From: the human T2T-CHM13v2.0 reference genome, Homo sapiens
Reading direction: 5' to 3' (one strand)
Length of the DNA: 64,000 nucleotides
Assembly (NCBI RefSeq): GCF_009914755.1
Contig: NC_060933.1
Part shown: one piece after another, positions 45,349 to 60,249 of the stretch
How positions within the stretch are numbered: the first letter of the stretch is position 1
Layout of the letters: every line of letters begins with the position of its first letter
Made by a program: the position numbers and the translations under genes
The notes under the pieces: generated by a model
Told to the model about the DNA's origin: nothing
Seen by the model: only the letters and a program-made list of their open reading frames with translations
Database searches by the model: none

Positions 45349-45530
45349 AGTCAGGCACAGTGACTCACACCTGTAATTCCAGCACTTAGGGAGGCAGAGG
45401 TGGAAGGATAGCATGAGTCCAAGGGTTCCAGACCTGTCTGAGCAACTTCGAGACTTGCCTGGAGAATGAAGGGCGAGACCCCATTCGCCACAAAAGGAAA
45501 AAAAAAAAAAGACCAAAAAAACCCACAAAA
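45349..45530 (+). mobile_element. FLAM-like Alu monomer with internal duplication
   Basis: caggcacagtgactcacacctgtaattccagcacttagggagg; repeated ttccagacctgtctgagcaa / ttcgagacttgcctggagaa. Confidence 0.7.
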
Positions 45531-47163
45531 GGATCAGGAAGTATAATGGTTTCATGGACCAATTTATAATTATAAACCAAAACCTTTGTAGATGGTAAAT
45601 CTCTATACAAATTATTTTTATTAGCATACTTGTGGAACAAGAGGCTACAATGACTACTTGAGTTTCCACTCTTGCAGCTGGATGATCCCAGATGCATTAG
45701 GGGTTCAATGGATGTCTTAAACTATGCTTGAAATGTTTTGGGTTCAAACAAAGAATGTTTGCCAAATCCTTCTTCCCCTTAATTTTTAAACATGTGTATT
45801 TCAAGGGAAATTTGATTCATATGTTTCTGATTCATTTACACTTAAATCATCAAAATGTTATTTTTGTAAAAGCTATTTGATGTCCAAGAAGCTTTCTGAA
45901 CCTGTTTTATAAGTTTTCTTAAGTCCTTTTTCTTAAAACAGGAAGTTGCATTTTGCCAAGTACAAATAAACTCAAACACTAAAAAGGTTCAAGTTCAGTT
46001 TCCAACTCTGAACTCCAGGTTTAAATGCATTCTCAATTTAGCAAAATATATTTTCCCACCCCTACAAAAATATGGGTGGAAGGAAAGACAGTAGTGATAA
46101 AACTGAGTAAAGATGCTCATAAGCATTATTCTTCTCAGACCTATTTCTCTAGTTGTGAAACCATAAAACTTGTAACAGGTGTTCCTGAAGCCATTAGATA
46201 CAGGTGACTTGCAAATAAGAACATCTGTCTGCATGTTGAGTCTCTAAGATGTGTCTAAATGTGTTTACTGTGTTTGTCACAGAAAACAGAACCTAAAGGT
46301 CTTAACATTTTAACTTCATTGGTTTACCTTTGACTGCCTTTAGGTCCTATTTTTCTTAGGAAAGGTGGAAAGAACCAACACAATTTATTGAACAGAGGGG
46401 AATCATAGGAGACTCTGTAGAGGTTTTATGTCTGTACTAAGATGATATTGCATTATCAATTTAAAAACATAATTGACACTTTTATCAGAATTGGAAACGT
46501 GCAGAAAATTTTCCCTGGTTCATATTAAGAGGTCTCTTAATTATATCTTCTGCTCATTAAGGCAGAGGCGATTCAGCCTGACCCTTCTAACTGTTTCACT
46601 TGTATAGAAAAAGGAGGCAAAGGAAATTTTAAGAGGAGTTTGGAACCATTTCAAACAATTTCCTCAATGTTCTGCTTTATTGTATTTCAGTATAATGAAG
46701 TACTGTACCCCCAGTACAATGTACTCTACTTCTTCTGTACTTGTACTGAGTAATCAAGTGACTCCTGGGATGATAGGTACTATCAAACGAAAATACTGTA
46801 TTTAAACATTGCTAAACTGTCAGTTCAACTTTAGACGCTCCCATTCAATGACCAGGAACTTGTGGATCATATAAAGGTAGGTTTATTAAACATGCTAAGC
46901 AGGAGAGAGCAGCACCTTGACAGAGACTCTATCGTATCTCAAGTGGGGAAATTTAAGGAAGGCTACGTGTAGAGTTTGGGGGCAGTTGTTAGTTATAGAG
47001 TTGTTTTAGGGCAGAAGTTAGTAAGTGAGGCCTAGGCAGATATTGGTAGAATTTGTAAATTAGGCAAGTGGAAGTCTTATCTTTGGAATGTGAGTTCATT
47101 AAGACAATATTAAATCAGTTTCTCTGTGCTCTAGAACATATGGTCTGAAAGGAGCTTGTGTTA

Positions 47164-47480
<317 letters not shown>

Positions 47481-48577
47481 TAAAGTTAATTTGTATTGTA
47501 TGTCATGATTTGACACAATTTACCTGTGTTGTAATTCATAATATAGTTTTGCTGGTTGTAGGTAGTTTTTGTTTTATTTTACAAAATAAACGTGTAAACA
47601 GCCTGTACAGCACACATATTTATTTATTTATGGATCTTAAAAAATTTAAACTGCATCCTATTATCTAAAAAATTAATAATTGGTAAATTTTATTCATACT
47701 CTTTTCAGACAATATTCAAAATTTTAAGCCTTGCTGGGTGCCTGTGTATCTGTACCTATGTTATATACATTATTCTTTTCCTCTGCTACTATGGTTTATT
47801 CACTCTGAGAACACATAATACTAACAGTAAAATGTCTTTGACATTTTATATTGTATTTTGAACAATTTCATGTTCATCCTAAATAAATATTTGTTTCTAC
47901 CCCACATTGCCTAGAAAGAATTTGTGCTCCCTCAACTACCAGAGCGTTATATGCTCTTTAGTAGTATCACTAATGTTTTGGAAAAGAGTCAAAATTTTCA
48001 GTGCTGTTTTAGAATGCTTATTTAAAGGTAAAGAGATTTTTCAGAGAAAGAAACCTTATATAAGAGAACTCTCACAATGATAATGTAGTAACAGGGAACT
48101 GCTGAAGGCTACATGGAAATCCTTTATTTAAAACAAAAAATTAGAATAAAAGCCTTTCTACAGCTGGAGAGTCGACGACAGTCTTCCATGGTAAATTTTA
48201 ATCTGAAGGCTTGTAGAATAAGATAAACCTATCAAAAAGCCCTTCCAAGGGATAGGCAATATTTGCCTTTTTAAAATTAAATCTTACCTGCTTTTACTGA
48301 GATTTATTATTCATTAGATAATGGCCATTGTTAGCCATAGTTTTACATTTTAAATTGCCCTTTATGAAACTTACATCAAAAAGATTCTTATTTTCCACTG
48401 ATCTCTAACAATATAATTTACAATTCAAATTGAGAGAATCTCCTCATACTCCATCCCTTTGCCTTCTGTGGCCTCATTAAATAATCATAGTAATAGCTAC
48501 CATCTACTCAGTATATTCCTTGTGCATATATTTGGCCAGCATGAGTTCGTGAACTTCTCACAACAACCTTGAGAGCT

Positions 48578-48651
48578 GTGCAGAGTTATTGCCTCTGTTC
48601 TAACACAAGACTAGGCTTCCCTGTGTTAGAATAGGGGCAATAACTCTGCAC
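48578..48651 (+). ncRNA. MIR3152: microRNA precursor hairpin mir-3152
   Basis: 30-nt arms 48578-48607 and 48622-48651 are complementary (28 Watson-Crick pairs + 2 G-U) around a 14-nt loop. The sequence matches my recollection of hsa-mir-3152, which lies in an ADAMTSL1 intron. Confidence 0.88.
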
Positions 48652-49263
48652 TGCATTGCAGCCACCCACCCATCTAAGGAGGAAGTCCATGCTCTTTCCA
48701 TTCTGCCATGCTGCCTTAAGCCAAAGCAATTCATATATAAATGGTTTCATATTTTTTGTTCCCCATGTTTAATTCTAGATACTATGCAACCTAAGTCCTA
48801 GACAAAAAATTACAACTCCACAAAAACTTTTTGAATGAAATTTTTATAACTTTTTACTGCTAGTTATTCAAATAAACAATTGTCATAGCTCTCAATATCA
48901 GAACTGAAAGAGACAAATAATTTCAACTAATCCTCTGACTTTACTAGGTTCTACTTATGAGGAAGTCAAAATGATAGTACAGTGTGGAAGAATTCATGAA
49001 CCAATAGACAACTTTCAAAAAATGTATGTCCCACCTAATCAGAATATCTATTTCAAGCCAATTATTTTTCCATTTAAACTCAATCAGAAAATGTATTTTG
49101 AGGTGATTGCTTTATCAGATTTCTACATTTTGCAAGCCAAATAATCATATAACCTCTAAGATGATATTATAAGTTCCATCTATCATGACCAGGACATTTG
49201 TTTTGCTTTCTAAGACCTAAGCAGACCATATAGCTGCTCTGGTTTCATGTTTGGGGGTATCCT

Positions 49264-49301
49264 CCTAACCTTTGTATGTCCTTTCTCTCTTTTTTCTCCA
49301 G
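49264..49301 (+). promoter_or_regulatory. Branch point (cCTAAC, A at 49268), polypyrimidine tract and 3' splice site of the 237-nt exon
   Basis: CCTAAC 33 nt upstream of the AG, followed by tttgtatgtcctttctctcttttttctccag. Confidence 0.75.
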
Positions 49302-49538
49302 GACTGCCCACCAGAAGCAGGTGATTTCCGAGCTCAGCAATGCTCAGCTCATAATGATGTCAAGCACCATGGCCAGTTTTATGAATGGCTTCCTGTGTCT
49401 AATGACCCTGACAACCCATGTTCACTCAAGTGCCAAGCCAAAGGAACAACCCTGGTTGTTGAACTAGCACCTAAGGTCTTAGATGGTACGCGTTGCTATA
49501 CAGAATCTTTGGATATGTGCATCAGTGGTTTATGCCAA
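49302..49538 (+). CDS. ADAMTSL1: ADAMTSL1 internal coding exon (exon 4 in canonical numbering), ADAMTS Cys-rich domain
   Basis: Long pyrimidine tract and ccAG acceptor (49300-49301). 237 nt encoding DCPPEAGDFRAQQCSAHNDVKHHGQFYEWLPVSNDPDNPCSLKCQAKGTTLVVELAPKVLDGTRCYTESLDMCISGLCQ, with ADAMTS-type motifs (DFRAQQC, V.DGTRC) recognised as punctin-1. Donor GTAAGT at 49539. Confidence 0.97.
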
Positions 49539-49776
49539 GTAAGTGCTGATTTGTTCTCATTCAACTTGTCCAGAGGGTTTCAATGTCTTTGTGTAAATGG
49601 TTTACATAGTCTCACTCTCTGAATCACTCATCTTTACACTTTTTAGAGTTTGTAAATGGTGAAAGATTTGAAAATTAAGGTATGATTTCAGTGAAAAGTA
49701 CCAAGTGTTGTATTGTGCGAAGGAAAAGTAGACTAGAGTTATTTTTCTTTCCTTGAGTGTCACTTGAATATAAAAG

Positions 49777-49782
49777 AATAAA
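49777..49782 (+). terminator. Candidate intronic polyadenylation signal AATAAA after the read-through stop codon
   Basis: AATAAA ~155 nt after in-frame TGA (49620-49622). T-rich sequence follows, then a (GT)n tract. Confidence 0.45.
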
Positions 49783-49852
49783 AATTTTTGAATAGTGTTT
49801 ATCAATTATGTACTAGACTTTGAAATTATCCCCTGGATTGGCTATTCCTGAA

Positions 49853-49861
49853 GTGTGTGTT

Positions 49862-49892
<31 letters not shown>
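49853..49892. repeat. (GT)n microsatellite
   Basis: gtgtgtgtttgtgtttgt(gt)n. Confidence 0.9.
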
Positions 49893-49894
<2 letters not shown>

Positions 49895-52431
49895 TTAGAG
49901 ACTGGATTTTCATTGACTCAGTTTCAGAATAAATCAGGTAAGACCAATTCTAAAATCCCCAAGTAAACTGTAGGAAAACTTGCTACTTTACTATAATTTC
50001 CATTGTATTGAAAATTCAGACACACTGTAGAGAAAGTCATGGAAGAGCCAGCTAGGTTGGACTTAAGCCAGTTAAATCTTTAAAACAGGATTACAAAAAG
50101 GTTTGATTTCTGGTATCCATCCATTCATCAATGTCTACTCTAGGTAGGGAATTAGTAAGGTGAAAAAGGGTTTGTATGTTTGTCATGTCTTTGCCATCTT
50201 TATTTTCAGGTCCACTTTTTGGATTAGGATTACCAGTCTAGTTTTTGGAGCAAGCAGTTGCTATTGTTTTTCTGTGTGCTGTATTTGACTATATGCTTTT
50301 ATATTTCATGAAGCAGACACAAAATTTTGAGAGTATTTGCCTTTTCCAACATGGTGTCAGCTGAAATTTTCTCTCTTCAGAATGTATAATATCACGGCTA
50401 GGAATGTAAGAGAAATATATGTTTTAGTAATTTGTTGTTTCAAATTTATTTTTTTAAAACTTACATCTATATTTGGATGTAAAGGCAAAAACTGTAGTGT
50501 AAATGACTATAAGAGATGTGAGATGTCAGGCAAGGTTTTATGCATGCAAGAGGGAAACAAACATAGTCAACCTTCCTAAAGTTTAAAATCATGAGGCAGA
50601 GAAACTGATGTCATATAGGAGTTTGTCACTGATGAAACATATCTTAAGGTTTCCTTATATACAAGAGATATATGAATTTCAGGTGTAAATTTGAATGTGG
50701 AATTTTACTATTTTAAAGCTAGAAAGGGCCTTAGAGTTATTCAATCAACATTCTAAAAAGCAATATATCTGAATAAATCATTTCTGATCTTTGCTATTTA
50801 CTTCCTCCTCTAGGACTCTTAGTGGTAATGAAATGGAATTAGGGAATCTGAAAAATCTTTAGGAATAGTAGAGAATTGTAAAGCAAATAGATTTAGAAAG
50901 GGGACTGTGTTGTAGGGAATGGCAAACAAAAGAATAATAACTCCCTATGTATGTATACTGTTTGAGTAAAAGCAAGGAAGATTTCCATTTTAGAAGTGAA
51001 AAAACTGAGGACCAGAAAATATGCTTGATCTCCTGAAAGCTGTATGTTTGGTCATGCCAGAAATGGGACTAAATTCCACATCTCCTGAGATCCCATTCAA
51101 TGTTATTGCTACTATATTACCCTGCTGAATGAACCAAAATAAACAAGACAGCTCAGCAAATTAGGTTTCATTTATTTCTTTTGCATGGGAGTTCAACGTG
51201 GCATATTTTTTCCTAAACTAATCCTGCCAGCAGGCCTCATGGTACCTTAGCAACTGAAAGAGAATCCTATCTCAGTTGCTAAGGAATAAATTTCATATAT
51301 AATAAATATGGAGTGATAGTACTGGACTTTGGGTTACAAGTATAAACATGCTTTAACTTATATTCTTATGAGTATGACAGATTTGAGAGCAAATACGGTA
51401 TAATTTGTAAATTATACCGTATTTGAAAAGCATTGTAACTTATACGTAGAAATAATGACTGGTTATTATTATTATTTTCTTCATTTATTTGTCTTGTTAG
51501 AGGCAATCATGTAGTAAAGGCGATGGAAAAACAAAGATTGCATTTAAGCACTAACAAGAAATTTAGTTTGGCTGGAGAGCCAGATAAGACCTAGCTATGC
51601 AGTAAGAATAGGGAGGTAGTTTGGGAGAGAAACATGGAGGCTTGAACGGCAGACAGGACTGTGGTAAACCATGGATGACCATAGTCTCACCTTGATAGAA
51701 AATGACAGCATAGCTATAGAAATTTGTCATTCATATGCACTAATTTATTTCAAGTATACCTGTTTAATACTCTTCAAAGAGCCACATTCTCAAGACTGGT
51801 TCTTTAACTCTTAAATAGAATCACAGAGTCCTGGACTTTTTAGAGCCAGAAGATAGCTTAGCAACTCACAGTTATTGCCGTTTCATAGAAGAGGAAACTG
51901 AGACCTGGAGACTGTCCTGAGATCACGAATAATTTGGGTGGCATGTGTTTGTTGTAAATTTCTTCAGGAAAGTTCTAGAATCATTGCTATTTATAATATA
52001 TACCTAATTCTTACTCAGTAGTAATAGAGCATCATACGAGGTAGTAGTAGTAATGATAATAGCTTCCATTTTTGAGTGACTACCGTATCTAGGTACTTTA
52101 TTTTTTTTTCAAATATTTACAGTTCTGCATGTTAGACATCATTATCCTTATTTCACAGATGAGGAAACTGGAGGCTCAGGTCGATTTTATATCTTGCCCA
52201 GAGACTCCCAGCTCTGTCTGAGTTCAAAACTCCTATTCTTTCCAGCGAGGCCAGGTATACAGAGGCGCAGACCATTTGGTAATGGTCCCCAGATTTGGCT
52301 GCCTATCAGAATCACCTGGAGAGCTCTTAAAAGACACAACTCTTAAGACCTGTCTTCCAGAAATTCAGATTTATTAATTCTATGTATTGAAAACACTTTT
52401 CTTATGATTCTATCATGGCCAGATTCACTTA

Positions 52432-52775
<344 letters not shown>

Positions 52776-53949
52776 ACATGAGTTTGAATCTAGCTCCTCT
52801 TTAACGAGCTGTGTAATCTTGGTCAAGATACGCAACGTCCCTAAGCTCCATTTTTCAATCTGTGGAAAATGAATTGTCTCCTAGACCATAGTGTACCAAA
52901 GTGAGAAAATATATGTGAAAATGTTTAATAAACTGTAAAGTGCTGTAGAAATGTAGAAGACTCTGAAAATTTTAAGTTGAAAAATATATTAAACTAGTGG
53001 TTCCCTGTATAAGATTTTATAACTGTAACGTTTCAAAAAACTTCCCAGGATGTGACAAGTAACAAACTTCTTAATTGGTTAGGTAATGACTTTAAAAAAA
53101 ACAAAAAGAGACCTTCTACCATGTACTATCCCCATCATCATTTCACAATTGAAACGTTCATCACAAGGAAGTAGTAAGAACCCAGTTTCAGAATAAAGGA
53201 CAATTCTTTGAACTGGAGATAGTTTGTCTTATGAGAAAGTTACTGCCCTTTACTTTTCTCTTTTTTTTTTTTTTTTCCAGAGCACAGAAATTGTCACTAA
53301 TAGCACTTCACAGCCCAGCGTTTGAAAGCAGGGCCTTTGAGATGATCTAGTCCAGCCCCAGCAAATCATTGTATGATTTTCCCAGGATCCTATGGCTAGT
53401 TAATGACAGACTAGAAGGCAGAGAGTGCTGGTGTTTATCAACATTTTCTAATTATGCTCCTTACATTATTTCTTCAGTTTATCCCATGAGCTGAGATTTT
53501 GTCTAGCTGTAATTCTGTCATTAATATTATGAAAACAATAGGTTTAATGAATATACCTTTTCAAACCACATTCTCCCCCTTTCTCTCCCTCTCTCCCTCC
53601 TAGATTCTGACAATCATCCCCAGTGGGTGATTGTGTTATCCCTCTTCACCCTGCATCTCAGACTGAGAAACACTGGGATTCTTATTTGCTCACTATCATT
53701 CTAGACTAGATGAAGTTAGAGAGAAGGCTGAGCTAGGGAGGCAATTTGTCATTGTATGAATAGTTAAAGACAAGAGGCTCTGGAATCATACCATCTAGGT
53801 TGGAATCTAAGCTCCACCACTCATTGGCATGTGCCTTTGAGCAAGTTCCTAAGCCTCAGTTTTGTCATCTGCAAAATGAGGATAATAATTGTAAAAATAG
53901 GATTAGAAGGAAGATTAAGTAATCAAGTGCATTTAAAGTGCTTACTATG

Positions 53950-54794
53950 CCGCAATAAACATACGTGTGCATGTGTCTTTATAGCAGCATGATTTATAGT
54001 CATTTGGGTATATACCCAGTAATGGGATGGCTGGGTCAAATGGTATTTCTAGTTCTAGATCCCTGAGGAATCGCCACACTGACTTCCACAATGGTTGAAC
54101 TAGTTTACAGTCCCACCAACAGTGTAAAAGTGTTCCTATTTCTCCACATCCTCTCCAGCACCTGTTGTTTCCTGACTTTTTAATGATTGCCATTCTAACT
54201 GGTGTGAGATGATATCTCATAGTGGTTTTGATTTGCATTTCTCTGATGGCCAGTGATGATGAGCATTTTTTCATGTGTTTTTTGGCTGCATAAATGTCTT
54301 CTTTTGAGAAGTGTCTGTTCATGTCATGTTGCGGCATTATTCACAATAGCAAAGACTTGGAACCAACCCAAATGTCCAACAATGATAGACTGGATTAAGA
54401 AAATGTGGCACATATACACCATGGAATACTATGCAGCCGTAAAAAATGATGAGTTCATGTCCTTTGTAGGGACATGGATGAAATTGGAAACCATCATTCT
54501 CAGTAAACTATCGCAAGAACAAAAAACCAAACGCCGCATATTCTCACTCATAGGTGGGAATTGAACAATGAGATCACATGGACACAGGAAGGGGAATATC
54601 ACACGCTGGGGACTGTGGTGGGGAGGGGGGAGGGGGGAGGGATAGCATTGGGAGATATACCTAATGCTAGATGACGAGTTAGTGGGTGCAGCACACCAGC
54701 ATGGCACATGTATACATATGTAACTAACCTGCACAATGTGCACATGTACCCTAAAACTTAAAGTATAATTAAAAAATAAATAAATAAAAAAAAT
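53950..54794 (+). mobile_element. Young L1PA2-type insertion with 5' inversion (twin priming), inserted into a MIR
   Basis: Perfect TSD aaagtgcttactatg (53935-53949 / 54795-54809). Antisense ORF2 segment 53950-54325; sense segment from 54329 to poly(A). 3'UTR diagnostic GAG at 54676-54678. Confidence 0.95.
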
Positions 54795-56274
54795 AAAGTG
54801 CTTACTATGAGCTTGATAAATACTACTTGTATTAATTGTACCCAAGTTATGTCTTATCTTTTTCTTTTTCTTCCTTAGAGCCTTTCTGAGTACATGATTT
54901 AATATGGGTACACATACGAAAGGGGCACTGACTTCCCAATGAATGAGCAGACCTTCTGTTAATTTCCTATTGCAGTCATCTTTTGCAGATAGCTCCACAT
55001 TGTACAATTATCAACTCCTGATCCAGGGCAGTGAATTGCATCCTGTACAGAGTTAATGAGCCATCACAAATAGGATCAGTTCTATTAGTACTGCTGTTAT
55101 TCATTTATTTTCATTATCCAAATTACCCCTATTTATATTTGTTGTAAAGCACAAAGCCGGTTTCTGTTTTAAATATATTTTTTAAAAGAGTAGCATAAAT
55201 GTATGGACAGAACATGTGCTGCTGTTAAAAATAATTTTGAGGTTATTTTGAAAGCAAATAGAGAAAAGTATGTTTTATTTTTGTAATTAATAGAATTCAT
55301 CAGATGATACCTGATATATGTCAAAAGAAAAAGTATGATTATAAACAAGCCTTTTATCATGAATCTGCATATTTATAATATTGCTTATTGCTATTTCAAA
55401 AAATTAAGCATTTCAAAAAGGGAAAGAAGAATTCCTTTCAAGTAATGCCTTATATAATATTGTTTTAAAATGAATAATACAGTACAGAAATAAGCAATAA
55501 AATGAATCACAGAGTTTTGATGTCTTTATTCTGGCAACATCAAAATGAACCATATTTCTAACAAAGAAATTCTTTTCATTTTTAATAATTCCTGTGGTGA
55601 GTAGTTTGAAATGAATTGAATAGAATGATTATTTCTCCATCTCTGTCTGTGACCTAAGTCACTAGTATCAAATGTCCACCAGTTATTCCAAAGGTGATGA
55701 TGTCAGAAATAAGGCGTTGGACATTTTTTCTTCTGTACTTTATAATCTAATTCCACATGGAAGCATGGTTTTTCTTAAAATATTTAATGCATAGTCTTTC
55801 TTATTCTGCTCTTTTCATAGCATAGTAAAGATAAAACTAACTACTACTTACTAGTTGAATTTCCTTAGTTTCTGAATCTTGTTTATGCATTCTTCCAACA
55901 ATCTGCTGTATGTTGATTATTGAGGATATAAAATTGATTAAGATCTCTTTCCATAGGAGTGATACATTTTTAGAGTTATTGTGAAAAACTTTTAAAAATA
56001 TATTTGTCTAACAAATTTTACTTAGGAATTAACAGTATGCTAAATACTGAAAATACATTAATGGACAAGAAGGATAGTCCCTGCCCTTCCAGAATTTTCA
56101 CTGTGAGAGGAGATAAGTAAATATGAAAGTGTACTATAGTCACTATACTATACTGCCCTCACTGTAAATGGGGACCTCTTGCTAAAATACAGATTTGGTT
56201 TCATTTATCATCTGCTTGAATCATTTCAATTGCATTTTTTTTTTGCCTTCAGGTTAAAAAAATCCCAAATTCCT

Positions 56275-57656
56275 TTACATGGTGGCTTAAAACAACAGAA
56301 ATTTATTCTCCCACAGTTCATGAGGCCAGAATTCAAAAATCAAAGTGTCATCAGAACCATGCTTTCTCTGAGGCTCTGGGTGGAATCCTTTGCCTCTTTT
56401 GCCTCTTCCTAACTTCTAATAGTAGCCATCAATCTTTACTATTTCTTAACTTGCAGCTGCATCACTCTAATCTCTGCCTCTGTTATCAAATGGCATTCTA
56501 CCCTCTGTGTCTGTGTCTTCACCTCTTCTTATAAGGACAGCAATCATATTAAATTGAGCCCACCCTAACGGATTATGAATTCATCTCAATTTGGTTACAT
56601 CTGCAAAGATTCTATTTCCTAAAAAGGTCACATTTATAGGCATCAGAGGTTTTGACTTTAGCTTATCTTTTGGGGGAGACACAATTCAACCCATGACAGC
56701 CAGCTGTCTGGCTCCCAAATTTACATCCTTCACATGTGACAAATATTCACCTGATCCCAATATCCCAAAAGTTTTAACCCATTTCAGAGTCAACTGTAAC
56801 TCTAAAATATTATCAACTCAGAAAGTTCCAAATTCTATCAGCTGAATCAGCTATGGGTGAGACTTGGATATAGTGCATCCTGGGACATCATTTGTCTCCA
56901 TCTGTGCACATTTGAAACCAAAAATAAGTTATCTGCTTCCAAAATACAATGGTGGGACAAGCAGAAGCAGATTCCCATTCCCACTCAAAAAGGGAAAAAC
57001 ACCAAAGAAAAAGGGATCATAGGTCCTAAGCATGTCTGATACCGAGCAGGAAAAAAATCCACTAGATTTCAAGGCCTGAGAATAATCCTTGTGGCTCAGT
57101 GCTTCAATCTATGTGCCTGCCAAGGAGGCAGCCCTTCCCTCTCAGCTCAAGGAGGTAGAGTCAGCCCAGGCTTCTGCATCTGTGCCTCAGACCTAAGAGT
57201 CATTCTTCTTTCACTTTGTCCCATCTCTGAGACATTTATTCTAGGCTGTCAGTATTTCTGCTGGTATGAAATTCTCAGAAATCACGTCAGTCTTTCTTGC
57301 AATTAACAGGTATCCAAGCCATCAAACAAGGGGGTCCTCTACAGTTCTTTTCTGAATAACTGCATCTCTATTCCTGGCTTCTGCTAAGATGTTTGAGGGA
57401 TTCATGGGTCACATGCCTAATTTCTTTAGCAAATGGTTATCTAGCCATAACCTTGGCCCTGTTACCAGAGCACACTACCTAAATAAGCTGAAAATGTTTC
57501 AAATAATCAAATGCTAGTACCTTTTTGTTTAACAGTTCATCTCTCAGTTTATCTCTTGGCTCTCACATTTTACTATAAGTACCAAGGAGAAACCAGGCTG
57601 TAGTCATCCATACTGTGTTTGGAAGTCTACTCAGCTAAGTACGTAAGTTTATTGTT
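56275..57656 (-). mobile_element. MLT1 LTR (to ~56698) plus MLT1 internal region, resuming at 59747-59894 and 60250-60348
   Basis: ggtggcttaaaacaacagaaatttattctcccacagttc...acaattcaacccatgaca; internal aagttatctgcttccaaaatacaatggtgggaca. Confidence 0.8.
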
Positions 57657-59746
<2,090 letters not shown>

Positions 59747-59894
59747 TCGCTGAAAGTTCTACTTTCCACTCAATGGCAGAAAATGACACAGCCAAGTTCT
59801 CTGCCACTGTATAACAGGACTCATCTTTCTTCCAGTATCCAATTAAATGTTCATCATCTCTTTCTAAGGCCTCACCAGAGTTACCTTTAACATC

Positions 59895-60249
59895 TATGAT
59901 AATTAATTTTAGGTGTCAACTTGACCAGATTTAGGGATGCCTAGATAGCTGCTGAAGCATTGTTACCAGGTGTGTCTGTGAGGGTATTTTTGGAGGAGAT
60001 TGCCTTGTGAATCAGTGGACTGAGTTGGGAAAATTTACTCAGTATTGGTGGGCACCATCCAATTGACTAGGGGCCTGAAAGAAAAAAAAGATGGATCCAT
60101 GGATGATGTAGCAAGAAGGTCCTCACCAAATGCCGGCACCTGGATCATGAATTTCCCAGTCTCCAGAATTGTGAGGAAATAAATTTCCATTTATTATAAC
60201 TTACTCAGTCTCAGGTATTTTGTTATAACAGCACAAATATACTTTGGTA
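59895..60249 (+). mobile_element. LTR with MLT2-like 5' half and MST/MLT1A-like 3' half
   Basis: taattttaggtgtcaacttgac...ggtgtgtctgtgaggg (MLT2); gcaagaaggtcctcaccaaatgccggcacc...cagtctcaggtattttgttataacagcac (MaLR); acatc on both flanks. Confidence 0.65.

Noticed and set aside
46835-47160. Possible ancient ERV LTR fragment
   Set aside because: Texture is LTR-like, but I could not identify termini or family well enough to call it.
49272-49301. N-terminal extension of the 116-aa ORF (MYVLSLFFLQ)
   Set aside because: This is the polypyrimidine tract and acceptor of the real exon, not a start region.
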